Of a stretch of 64,000 nt of DNA, positions 51,761 to 64,000 are shown piece by piece. Under the pieces are notes generated by a model, which saw nothing but the letters and a program-made list of their open reading frames with translations, searched no databases and was not told the DNA's origin. A program made the translations under genes and the position numbers. Position 1 is the first letter of the stretch. Every line of letters starts with the position of its first letter. Source of the stretch: Hypanus sabinus (Eukaryota); contig NC_082731.1 in assembly GCF_030144855.1 (NCBI RefSeq), forward strand, positions 12,214,001 through 12,278,000. The letters are read 5' to 3'.

Positions 51761-52370
51761 ACCAATGTCTGCGAGTGTAAATTCCTATATAATATAGTAG
51801 TTTCGGCCCAGTACATCAAGGGAGAAACCTTCCAAACTATCTACACCTACACGAAACATTACCGAAGAAACGCAGCATCGATCATCAAAGATCCCACCAC
51901 CCAGCCTATTCTCTTTTCTCGCTGGTGCCATAAAATAGCAGGTACAGCTTTACGACCAGTTACTCCCCCTCAACTATCAGGCTCTTCAATGAAAGGGGAT
52001 AGCTACACTCATTTAAGAACTCTGATCTATAGTTATTTCATGCTTGTTAGTTATTGCTATTTATTTATATCTGTATTTGCACGATTTGTTTACAGTTGAC
52101 AGTTCCTGATGTTTACAAATTACAGTCACTTTTTTGTAGATTTACTATTTATGCCCGCAGAAAAAAAGAATCTCAGGGTTCCATGGAGTGATCTGCTTGT
52201 ATTCTGATAATGCATTTTTACTTCGTATTTTGTACCTTGTACTTTGGCGTGCTGAATTCCTTCAGAATTTCGTCTGCGTTGCTTGGATTTCCAGCATCTG
52301 CGGGTACTCTCCTGATCGCCAATTTTTTTTATTCAAGAAATCGAATAAGCCTTGAAACGAATTGCCACAT

Positions 52371-52525
52371 TATATAAAAGAAAAGCTAATGGGACTTTGG
52401 CCGAGAGACTTCGTGGCTGACTATCTTTAAAAGAAACTATTGGTTCGCGTGAAAAGTATACGCTAGAATAAGTGATCAGTTTTATGCCATTTGCTACCTC
52501 ATTCTCGTAGCCATTGGAGAGGCGG
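52371..52525 (+). pseudogene. psi2 promoter and exon 1 remnant (TATA 52371-52378; GTG at 52449; ..DQFYAICYLILVAIGEA)
   Basis: Colinear homology to the G2 TATA, 5' UTR, exon 1 and intron start; frameshift, stop in the GTG frame, damaged donor. Confidence 0.78.
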
Positions 52526-53394
52526 TTTACCGGTTATACTAGACCACCGAGGGCATATATCGTTGTGTGCTGTATTACTGTCTCTGTTACCCATCCAGGT
52601 AAGTTACAATTCGATCATTTTCTGAATTTTCCAGTAAGACTCAAAATAAAATTTTATTAACTTCCTAAAACGACTACACTGAATCCAGATGGTGAACGGT
52701 TTGAAACCGAGATAAAGTTTCATAGTATTAACCTTGTATGTTGGTGCAAAATCAGAAAATGGAGATATCTCTTTAGAATACTTGTTGTATTCAGTTTAAT
52801 TGGGTTGCAATTTAGAAGTATGTAAATTAAGTTGTACATTCATTATCATAGATTTTCCACGGCCAGCGCATTGCTCTTAGTCATAACTTGCCGATTCCAA
52901 TCAGATAAGGTGTTTAAATGTTCCTAACTACAGGAGGTTCATAGTCTACTGACCTTTTATGAGGTATTTTGCTGTGCATCGATGGTAGTGATGAAAGGAT
53001 CCAACTGTTCCTACAGATTTTACATAATTTTGATTCTATTATTAAGTGTGCTATAAGTTCTCGTGATGGTATTATTGGTTTCAGTTAGAACCAATAGAAC
53101 AGTTGGATTTCGGTCTATTCGATGCATGATATGCAAGCAATCTATCCTGTCCAATGAATTGTCATTTTAATGGCGAGATGTATTTATAAATTTCACTTTT
53201 TTTAATCAAATCCACAATTTGCATGAATGTGAAATATTAGAAAAAGAACTGGATGACCAAAGTCCCAAACAAATGTATGTTCACGCGTTGTTTGTTTCTC
53301 TACCTGCCTATTGAACTATTCGACTAATTTCAATAAATTTACGTTAATTTCTTCAAGTGGGTACATAATACAACATATACCCAAATCACACGAT

Positions 53395-53620
53395 TCGGGC
53401 AGCAGCGCTACAGTGGGCGTATCGCACAACGCTTTGCAATACCAGTGACCAGGTTGCAATTACCACCGCTGGCTGGAAGGAGTTTGTACGTTGTCTCTGA
53501 GACTGCGTGGGTTTCCGCTGAATTCTCCTGCTTCCTCCCACCGTCCAAATCGGGAGATGCTGGGCAGCGCTGCTCGAAGTTCCCGAAGGGCCCATTCCGC
53601 GCTGTACCTGTAAAAAATAA
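53395..53620 (+). mobile_element. tRNA-derived SINE (V-SINE-like), degenerate
   Basis: GGAAGGAGTTTGTACGTT...GCGTGGGTTTCCGC...CTTCCTCCCACCGTCCAAA core. Confidence 0.65.
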
Positions 53621-53981
53621 AATGACCTGGTGTTAGTTTCCTGAATATCGGTGGAAGGTGCGCATGTGTCGAATATCCACAACGAGGAGACAAGCATCAG
53701 ATCTACGAATCAAACCTAACGGATGCTCGGCACCTAGTCAGTTAGTGAAATTAATTCACCTTGGTTATGTTCCTACCTTTTATAGCTGTTAGTTAAATAC
53801 AGCATTGAGTCTTGTCAGGAAAGGACACTGGGAAACTACCATTTATCAGTTTGATTCCCTTCTATGAACGATCATCCCCGAAAATTGCAAAATGTATTAT
53901 ATAATGAAGTCAGATTGGATAATTTGTTGAAATTTCATGACACTTTTTTTAATTTCAAATGACACCCCCCCCCCACCCCCG

Positions 53982-54830
53982 TTAAGTAACTAAAACGCTT
54001 TTCTGATCCTGTCTCCAGGAAGGTGCGCTCTCTCCAGATGTTTCATGCGGAACCTTGTGTCCATCGCGGTGACGGATCTGCTGCTCGTCATCTCCGCTGT
54101 GCTACTCAAACGGATTGCTGCCATTTAGTTTCCATTCAGTTTTATATCTTTGACTCTAGATTGTAATCTCAGTACAGAGATTTCGGTCTGGTTAACGGTC
54201 GCTTTTACCTTCGATCGATTCGTGGTAGTTCGTTGCCAGAAGCTAAGATGTAAATATTGCACCGAGTAATCGGCATCAGAAGTCATTGGGTCAAGCTGGC
54301 GGCTCAGCTGTTTGAAAAGTGTTCTCTGCTACTTGATTGACGAACCGTAGTACGTAGTTGACAATCAGATGGTTTTGGACCGAGAGAGTACAGTACCTCA
54401 CTCGCCTGGAACTTGTGTGAATCGTTGTGATGGATTTCAAACCCAGGGCTCCAGTTAGTCCAAATTTTGCTCTTTACTGCGCTGAAGGTCAGGCGCATTC
54501 AGGTGGCTAGTGGAGCCCGGGAAACTCAGATCCCGGGAACGGGAAGCAGCCAGGGCGATCTGGAGATGGGTTTACACTTCCACATCTCGGGCAGTTTCAT
54601 CCTTCGGTGGGTGACGTATGTTGTAAATTTCCCGTATAGAGAAATTTCACGAGAACCAGATTTCAGTTGTTCCAAGTTCAGTCAGCCAAGTTTCATTCGT
54701 CATGAAAGTGAAAACATACTTCAGTTGCTGTGCTCCTAAACTAGCATATATATTTATTAGGTGACCAATAGATTAATTCAAAAAAGCGGCAGTATACCTT
54801 TGGACCCGAATTGCTAAGTTAGTAAGATGA
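53982..54830 (+). pseudogene. GPR139-like GPCR pseudogene psi2 (exon 2), G2/G3 subfamily
   Basis: LILSPGRCALSRCFMRNLVSIAVTDLL...AI*(54126)FPFSF...VWLTVAFTFDRF...KYCTE*(54267); frameshifts and deletions; ends like the G3 tail. Confidence 0.92.
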
Positions 54831-55999
54831 AGGCGTTTCAAATTTCATCATCCTTTTATCGATCGTTTAGACTTGGGATCCTTCGATCTGGAGATCTATA
54901 ATAAATTTGTCCTGGGCGTAAATTGTGTCATAAATAACAAACTGGCGTTTTTCAACTCGTGTGATTCAGATGACGTATGAAGCTCGTCATAGTTTCCAAT
55001 CGCGCAATTTCTACATTCTTGTGACTTCCCCATTGCTCTGAAAGTTTTCTCCAGCGCCCACCCAATTCCACCTTCTATTAATACCACGAGCAGTGAACTC
55101 CTAATAATGAGTATTTCCTGTCAGCGAATTTCGTTGTTTTCCTCCATTCATTACTATTTTACCTGTAGTTATAGAACCCTTCCAAATGAATATTCTAGAA
55201 TCTACCCAGTCAAACATTCTTGTATCAAAGTTAAGGTCGGCCATATTCGAGGTCAGATAATTACAGTTTCTTCAGTTCGTCATAGTTCAAATTCATTCTC
55301 TATGATAATATATTTTCAAATCTTGCCCGAAAGTTTTTGAAGTTTTTCCGGCCAAAGGCGCATTCTATCCCCTCAGCGTGCCTAAGAGAGATACTGCGCA
55401 AATTCAGCACAACGTACCTGCTTTTCTAAACTACAATTCTGTTTAGGAATCTTAGGAATTGAAGTGCACTTCGTTTTTCTTCTCAGCAATGAGGAATAGA
55501 ACTGTAGGCTGCTAAAACTTTCCTCATCTGTCAACTCCACCAACCATGGAATCCTGTTGTTGAATCTCGCCTCCATCGCTTCAGTGGATTACATTCCAGG
55601 TCAGGTTTGCCTTGTACATGTCAGATAATCCAGGTAAACTAAATAAAGGGAAAAGTAGCCTCCATGGAAAGAGAGATTTCAGATTTAACTGAGGCGCCCT
55701 TCATTAGCCCAGATCAACAGAACAAGAATGACTTTGCCTGGTCAGCACAGATTGTGTACTAAACGGTGTGAATTCCTATAATAACGTGCGGACCTGCGGA
55801 CAGATGGGCAGGTGGCATAATGTATGGCGGTTTTGTGGTAACTCGCTGATAAGTTCAGCAAAACAACTATACACATAGAAGATTATTTTGATAGACAAAT
55901 GGTAGAGGAATTTGTTCTTATGGAATCGAGAAAAGAATGAACGTATTCTAAACCTAGAGAATTAGATATCACCCGAATCCCAGTAAGCACAAAGGCGGC

Positions 56000-58010
56000 G
56001 GGCTGTGCTATTTAGTCAGTTCTCAAAGACGCACGGACTTTAGGATTATGCCAACGTCTTGTTCCCCTGATCTAGTACAACTGACAATTAAATCTGGACC
56101 ATTATGTTTGCCTTGGGAGTTCTCGTCCGTGATCCAGACGCAGTTTATATAACACCAGCGGCAAGTACTCGTGAAACTGCACAATGCTGACTCTAAACAA
56201 GTAAAGGCCCATTCCGATTCATTTCAAATTATATTTGGTAACTTTCACCAGTACTTTTTGAGGAAATCCCTGTACAATAGCCAGAAGGCCGTAACCTGTT
56301 GCACCAGAGTCCCAACACACCAGACGACTGCAACAGTACGATAAGGAATTCCTATCGTTCATTCCCGAGACTGCAATTTGGCGAGTCGAATCTTTGGGCT
56401 GCATTCCTGCTACCTGCATTCAGACAGAGACTAAACAGCAAGGCTCCAAAGATCAAGACAACCAAAGTGTGGTCGCGGGAGACTGAGGAACGGTGCAAAA
56501 TTGCCTTGCGTCACAGCACCGGGCCACGTTCAAGAACTCATCTGAAATCGTTCAGGAATTTCCCCAATCAGAAGCCCTGGGTGAAAAATGAAACCCAGAA
56601 CCTACTGAAAGCCAGATTAGAGGCATTGAAGACTGGAGAACAAGAATGCTATAAGTGGTGCAGGTATAATCTCCAGAAAGCCACCACTCGGGGAATTGGA
56701 GATTCCGGACTAGACTGGAATCAAGGACGGATGCTCGAAAGTTGTGGGAAGGTTTGAATGCATTAACTTCCTACATAGTTAAATGTTGCGACAAAGGGAA
56801 CAGCAGAGCTTCGCTTCCAAATTAGCACAATGCCCTCTATGTTCGCTTTGATCACCAGAATAGGGAGGACCTATCGCACAACCAACTCCAACCCCACCCC
56901 CCACCGTGTTTCCCGATGATATTTTGGTCTCTGTATATGAAGATGACGTGCGGATTGTCTTCAAGACAGTGAATCCAAGGAAGTTCTCCGGTCCAGACTG
57001 AGCAACTGGCCGAGTATTGCAGACCTGTGCCGACCAACTGGCTGATGTATTCACGGATATCTGCAAACTCTTGTTCCGGCAGTGTGACGTATCCGCCTGT
57101 TTCAAGCAGGTTTCAATCGTACCGGTAGCCGGAAAAAGCGCGGTAACCACTAAGTATCGCCTAGTGGTCCTTCCATCCATAATGATGAAGTGTTTTGAGA
57201 GGAAGATGTCGAAGCATATCAACTCCTGTCTGAGTGGCGACTTGGATCTGTTCCAACTTGCCTAATGAAGCTGCAGGCCAACAGCAAATGGAATCTCGTT
57301 GGCCCTGCGCACAAACATGGAACATCTGGACAGCAAAGAGGCATACACCGGGATGCTCTTTATCGACTACAACTCGGCATCTAACATCAACATCCCTAAA
57401 TAGTAATCAATAGCCTCCAAGATGTGTGGTGGATATTGTACTGACTGCTGCCTTACAGCCTGGTATGGAAACACCAATGCCTTTGAGCAGAAAGTCCTAC
57501 AAAAAGTAATGGACTCGACCCAGTACATCACGGATAAAACTCTCCCAACCATTGAGCATATCAAGGGGAAAGCCCTCCAGGGTATCTACATCTTCATGAA
57601 ATATTGCCGTAGAAAAATAGCATCCGTTATCAAATGTCCTCACCATCCACGCCATGCTCTTTTCTCCTTGCTGCCATCAGGTAGAAGGTAGAGATTCCTC
57701 AGGGCTCACACCAGCAGGTTCAAGAACAGTTACTACCCCTCAACCATCAGGCTCTTCAACAAAAGGGGATAGGTACGTTCATTTAAGGACTCTTTTAAAT
57801 TGTTTTTTTCATGCTCGTTACTTCTTACTATTTATTTATTCATATCTGCGTTTGCAAAGTTTGTTTACAGTTTACAAATCATGATGTTTACAATTTACAG
57901 TTGCTGTTCTATAGATTTGCCAAGTAAGCCCACCGAAAAATATTCACAGGGTTGTATACGGTGACGTCTATGTAATATGACAATACATTTTACTTTGAAC
58001 ATTGAACTTT
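56000..58010 (+). mobile_element. Rex1/Babar-type LINE, internally deleted, with 3' UTR
   Basis: FPNQKPW, CADQLADVFTDI...ACFKQVSIVPV...YRLVVLPSIMMKCFER, HALFSLLPSGRR. Confidence 0.85.
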
Positions 58011-59127
58011 AACATCCAATCATAAGATGAGGAGTTTCCCATCTGTCAAAGGTATTCACTCCATCAGCGAAATTTCAGATAAGCTCAAGGTTGTCAAGTT
58101 ACGAAGAACTATGTGAATGATGCCCACACCCATATCACCGTGTTGTGTGTGGCCCAAATTTTGACCACGTTACTTCAGTGAGAAGAATTGTCTTCCAAAA
58201 AGCATCTATAGGTTTTATTTCAGTCTGGAGTCAGACAGCGATCATAGCAACATTGCCTCTAGTTCAGGTCCGTACATTGGTACATTTCCAAAGAAGTGAC
58301 CAACATCACCACTGGCTCCTACTGCGTCCTGGAGAGAAATAATTCAATGAAGTCACTTCCCTGAAGACTCCGTGGTATTTAATCCGAAGATGACGACCAC
58401 GGACCGGAACTGGAGGAGTTTTCGCCATGATGTTTGCCTGACTGTAAACCTCGATGCATGCGTTCAGGAAGACCGCTGTTCTCACCTCAGTAACATGGTC
58501 ACAGCTTTTGTTATGCGCAGTATTTCGGTAGTGGTGGGCACATCACCAGTTTAGCGCTTCCTAGCCTAGTAAACTTGAGCTAATCTGAAATTTCTTTGAT
58601 ACCTATGGCAGATGGCATAACGTGCAAGCTCGAAGACAATACTTTTCATCTGATTGACAACTTCAAGTCTTCTGGACATTAACTCTGATTCCCCAACATT
58701 AGAAAACTTTCTTTCCCTTCTTGTCTATATGACAACCAATTATTCTACAACTCGTTTAAAAATACGCATCTCCATGTATAATTGGCCTGCTGATCACGTC
58801 CCAGCACACCTGAACGTCATCAGCGACATATTACAGAACCTCAGTATATTATGCCATCTGCCAACACTTATTGCCAGGTACCATAATGTACAGCGGTGTC
58901 TAACAACTTTCAATCATTAAATCTCTACCGTTTTATCATATTTCCCTGTTGTCAAGGCTACGTCATTCTTTACTGTATTGAACTGAGCTGACGAAGGGTG
59001 CCTCATGTGTAACTTTACCTCTTTTCCTTTCCATAGCTATTGGCTGATGTACTTACAATCCCCATCAGTTTCCATCTTTATGCCCCTGATCCGATATGCT
59101 CCAGTCCAGATGGTACAATATGTTGCC

Positions 59128-61937
59128 TAGTCAAAATAGCTTTTAATTGGTTAGCTCATAATTTACCAGTTCGATCACTATGAGTATAGAATTGAGCCCT
59201 GGTCTTAATTAATTGATTCTCAATTGAAGAAGATAATAATAAGCTATGTTCCATTTGAAGCTCAACTCTCCTCTTATAAATTTCTTTGTTAGGAGTCACG
59301 GAGTAAATCTTATGATGCTACTATTTCCCTAATTCTTAAAAAAGATAAGGACCCTACCCTATGTGCATCCTATCGCCCTATATCGCTATTAAATGTAGAT
59401 TCTAAGATTCTTACAAAAACTTTAGCTATTAGGTTAGAAAAGATACTGTCGCAGATTATTTCAGAAGATCAAACTGGGTTTATAAAGAACCGGTACTCCT
59501 TTTTCAATGTTAGAAAATTGATTAATATAATTTATTCCCATCACCCAGAACCCCAGAATGTGTCATTTCAGTAGATGCTGAAAAAGCTTTTGATAGAGTT
59601 GAATGGACATACTTATTTAATACGTTAAAATATTTTAATTTCAGTTCCAATTTTATATCATGGATTAAACTAATATATTATAAACCTGTTGCTTCTGTTC
59701 TTACTAATAATCATAGATCCTCTTTTTTTCAATTATCTCGCGGTACGAGACAAGGTTGTCCTTTAAGTCCTCTATTATTTAATATTGCACTGGAACCTTT
59801 AGCCATTGCTATTCGTGAATCGCCTAATATTTTTGGTATTACCCGTAATGAGAAGTTATATAAGTTATCACTATATGCTGATGACTTGTTATTATATATT
59901 TCGGATCCTGATAGGTCTATTCCCGCTATTCTATCCTTGTTGGCTCAGTTTGGTAGCTTTTCTGGTTATAAATTAAATTTGAATAAGAGTGAATTATTCC
60001 CTTTAAATGCGCAAACTTTACTGAATAACAGGGTACCACTTAAAGTTGTTACTGATAACTTCACTTATTTAGGTATAAAAATTACCAAGAAACATAAAGA
60101 TTTATTCAGATTGAATTTTTTACCTTTGCTTTATCAAATTCAACAACTTACTACTAGATGGTCTCCCTTATCCTTATCATTGGTTGGTCGGATTAATGCT
60201 ATTAAAATGATGGTTTTACCGAAATTTTTATATTTATTTCAAGCTCTACGAATTTTTATTCCTAAATCTTTTTTTGATAACATAGATTCAAAAATTTCCT
60301 CATTTGTGTGGCAAAATAAAAACCCCAGGTTAAGTAAAAAACAGTTACAGAAACCTAAAAAAGATGGTGGTTTAGCTTTACCTAACTTTAGATTTTACTA
60401 TTGGGCGAATAACATTCGAAACTTAATATACTGGAAACATGATTTGGATTCACCATTATGCCCACAGTGGGTAATTTGGAATGTAATGATGCACGAGGAT
60501 ACTCTTTATTCTCCGTTCTTGGATCTTCTCTCCCGCTGATTTAGCCAAGTTCAATAAACAAATATCTAACCCTATTGTCAAACACACATTACGAATTTGG
60601 TTTCAATTTCGTAAGTTTTTCACTCTGAGAAATTTTGTTCTTTATGGCCCTATCTTATTTAACTTTTTTTTAAACCCTCCTTAATAGATCAAGCCTTTAG
60701 CATATGGAAAAGGAAAGGTATAAGATGGTTTCGTGATCTTTTTTTTGAAGGTAGTCTGATGTCTTTTGACCAACTTTCTAACAAATTTAAGTTACCTAAA
60801 GCTATTTTTTTTAGATATTTACAAATCAGAAAATTTTTATATAAAGTTTTACCATCCGTTCCCAATTCAACTCCGATGGATTTTTTAGATTTCATTTTTA
60901 CCTTGAACCCTTGTCAGAAGGGTTTAGTGGCTCTTATTTATAATATGATCATGAAGATACAACCAGAAATGTCAGGAAGAATTAAACAAGAGTGGGAAAA
61001 AGAGCTTCAATATACTATATCAACAGAAAAATGGGAAAAAAATTACAAATGGTTAACTCTTCTTCTATATGGGCTAAACAGGCTTTAATACAATTTAAGG
61101 TGGTACATAGAGCCCACATGTCTAAAGATAAGCTTGCTCGATTCTACTCCCATATTAACCCTCAATGTAACAGATGTCACTCAGAAGTTGCTTCATTGAC
61201 CCACATGTTTTGGTCATGTCCCACCTTACATAACTATTGGAAGGATATCTTTGCTATCGTATCCTCAGTTTGGAATATTGATTTACAACCCCATTTTATC
61301 ACTGCAATTTTTGGTATACCAATTGAGGATGGTAGTCAATTCTCCCCTTCGATTAGACGAATGATCGCATTTGCAACGCTAATGGCTAGAAGGTCTATAT
61401 TACAAAATTGGAAAGAAGTAAACCCTCCTACCACGTTTCAGTGGTTCTCTCAAACTATTTCTTGTTTGAGCTTAGAAAAAATTAGCAGTACTATTTTCGA
61501 TCCATCAATTAAATTTGAAGAAACTTGGGGACCGTTTATTAGACATTTTCATATGAGTTAATTTGACCTCTTCCAGACCTTTTCTCTTTTTATCCTTGTT
61601 TTGGTATGGAGTTCCGGAGTTCTTGACACTAGCATGTATATATAAACTATTATTATTGCCCATGTTAGTTAAGGTTTATTGCTTTATTTTAATATATATT
61701 TTTCTTGTATTTTTTTCCGTTCTTTTTGTGATGATCCTTTTCTCATATACAATTAATACAGGCTTGATTGATTATCTTATGATGTTCTCTGTTGATATCT
61801 CAATAAGATATTGATATCTTATTACTAATTTAACGTCAAGCCTAGTGTATTTATAACCTATTCAATGTTATGTTATGTTATATTATTTCTTTCTTTTGTA
61901 TATGAAACTCAATAAAAAGATTGAAAAAGAAAGAAAA
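59128..61937 (+). mobile_element. L1-clade LINE, 5'-truncated with an inverted 5' segment (59128 to about 59308)
   Basis: 13-bp TSD ACAATATGTTGCC at 59115-59127 and 61938-61950; RT motifs (YRPISLLNVD, RGTRQGCPLSP, YADD), CCHC knuckle, AATAAAAAGATTGAAAAAGAAAG tail; first about 180 bp encode upstream ORF2 sequence on the opposite strand. Confidence 0.92.
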
Positions 61938-62992
61938 ACAATATGTTGCCGTAGAAGAGATGTAGCAAAGATTTGCTAAGACGGTTCCATGCCAATACTG
62001 ACTGCTGAATGGAGAATAGACTAAGACTGTGGATATTATTGCTTCGAAAAATGAGAAGCGACATTGCCATTCCCATAATTCATAAACATAATTACAGTGT
62101 ACATTGTGCTGAACCTGTGTACTATCCTTCTTTGGCTCACCTGAGGTATAATTTAGCTTTCTGGCTACGACACTTCGGAAAAAATGCGTCAATTTCAAAA
62201 CGTACTTTCAGAATGGCTCCAGACGGGAAGAATTTAAACTTGACCAACCGAAGAAGCTATAATTATATGGCATGCAATATCACCGATTGATATATTTGAT
62301 ATAATAAACTTTTTCAGGGTGTGATGCTGCAAGGTTGAGGAGATAAAGTTTTATGATTACAGATAAAACTAAAATGTGAGGGGAAAAAAGATAAATTCGT
62401 CCTCAGCGGATAACCATGATCAGAAGCTCACTACTTCTGGCATTCATGGGAAGTGGAATTGGGTGGGCACCGGAGAACATTGTTTCAAAGGCAATGGGGA
62501 AATCACAGATGAGTAGAAATTAAATGATTGCAAACTTGATTAAACTTCGTGTGTTAGATATGGAAGGGAATGAAATAAATGCGAAATGGTGCAAAATTTA
62601 AGGTTAGAACAAAGCCCCCTCAAAAACACCGGTTTTGTTTTTGTGAATCCTCTGATGATTAGACTTGTAAAGCTTTCCATGTTAAATGCGATTGAGGAAA
62701 AGCAGAGGCTGAAGACTGTACCGCTGAGGTACCTCTGCCAAGAGAACGTGAGACACCTGCAAACATAATCATGGAGCTTTCTATAGTAAGTGAATTGGAA
62801 AAAAAAACAACAGGACCGATGAAATGCTGAGGAGGAAACATTTGAGGAAAAGCATCAAATAACGAGGGGATAAAAATAACCTCAGTGGACTGAGCGGGAA
62901 GATATCAAAAGGCCAATCTATTATAGAATACCAGATGGAAAGTTAACAAGCTTCGAACGAACGATTAACTGGAGCTGAAATTTGGTACGTCT

Positions 62993-63900
62993 TCATTTCA
63001 TTGACGAAACAATTCGATTCCAAAGATATAGTGCCGCATTCTTCAACTCGTCTCTGAATTTACTCTGCGTCGCCACATAAATGCAGGTGTTGGTGCAGCA
63101 GCTCAGCAGCTGAAGCATGTTTTCACTTTCCTGGCGAATGAACCTGGGGTCATTGAAATTGGATCCACTGAAATACGGTTCATTTGTAATTTCAATATAG
63201 AGGAAATTTACGACATACGTCATCCATAGAAGGATGAAACTACCGGAGATCAGGAAGAGTAAAATGATAGACTTCCTCCGACTCTCCATCTCTGGATCGC
63301 TCTTATTGTCTCCATTGCTCTGGGACCTGAAGTTTCTGCGGGCTCTGCTAGCCACAAGAATGTGCCTCACTGTTAGCACATTGCAGAGTATAATTAAGAC
63401 AAACGGCAGCCCTGGGTTTAAAATCCGTGCAAACCAATCATACACTGTCCACGTGAGTGACGTGCTGTAGATTAATTTTCTGGTACAAAACCAGGGCCTA
63501 TTGTCAATTATGTACAGCGGCTCGTAGATGAAGTACCATGGGACGCTTTTCAAACAGCTCAACACACAGATTGCGCCAATGACAATTGCCGCCGTTCTCT
63601 CGGTGCAATATTTTGATTTCAACTTCTGACAACAAATGGCCACGAAACGATCAACGGTGAAAGCGACCGTTAACCAGACCGAACTTTCGGTCACTGCATA
63701 AATTATCACCGTGCTCAGAGTACAAGCCGGAGTCAAGGACATAAAACTAAATGGAAAATAAATGCCAACAATCCGATTGAATATGACAGCGGAGATAACG
63801 ACCAGCAGATCCGCCACCGCCATGGACACCAAGTACCGCGTGATGCATCTGGAGAGGCCGCACTTTCCTCGGCACAGGATCACAATCGCCACTATATTAA
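62993..63900 (-). CDS. G3 exon 2: GPR139-like GPCR, intact; exon 1 lies beyond the window
   Basis: Acceptor AG at 63902-63901, phase 1; 299-aa open frame with MAVADLL, FTVDRFVAICC, LLWMT, CTNTCIY, SKFR. Confidence 0.93.
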
Positions 63901-64000
63901 CTGACAGAGGGGGTATATTTAAAGTTAATAAAGCTGCTAGGAAAATTCAAAAGAATTTAAAAAACAAGTGTAAATTTAATCTACGATACATTTTGCAAAC

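Noticed and set aside
52540-52605. Ig-like TEGIYRC/YYC motif followed by a strong CAG|GTAAGT donor
   Set aside because: Colinear with the first intronic bases of G2 (CTGTATTAC shared), stop codon upstream, no V framework and no RSS.
58180-58330. Minus-strand acceptor, short ORF (DAVGASGDVGHFFG...) and AATAAA as a terminal exon
   Set aside because: No recognisable homology and no upstream partner exon; could easily be chance.

Overview
Vertebrate genomic DNA, not prokaryotic. The repeat landscape (CR1, Rex1/Babar-type, L1, Penelope-type, V-SINE-type SINEs, Tc1, Gypsy) and gene families suggest a cartilaginous fish, probably a ray or skate (inference). About half the window is transposon debris. 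The host content has two parts. (1) A birth-and-death cluster of two-exon class A GPCR genes resembling the GPR139/GPR142 group: one complete gene (G1, +), one with an intact exon 2 but no ATG in exon 1 (G2, -), one intact exon 2 whose exon 1 is beyond the window (G3, -), two clear pseudogenes and one orphan exon-1 remnant. (2) A solitary TCR-like V gene segment with an intact 23-bp-spacer RSS. Other notable items: a 5'-inverted (twin-priming-type) L1 with TSD, two more L1 insertions with TSDs, a Penelope-derived palindrome carrying a minimal hammerhead ribozyme motif, a 33/31-bp minisatellite with higher-order structure (not CRISPR), and a 214-N assembly gap. No rRNA, bona fide tRNA or CRISPR array was found. 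Family names come from motif recognition by eye; no database search was run. Boundaries of degenerate repeats are approximate.
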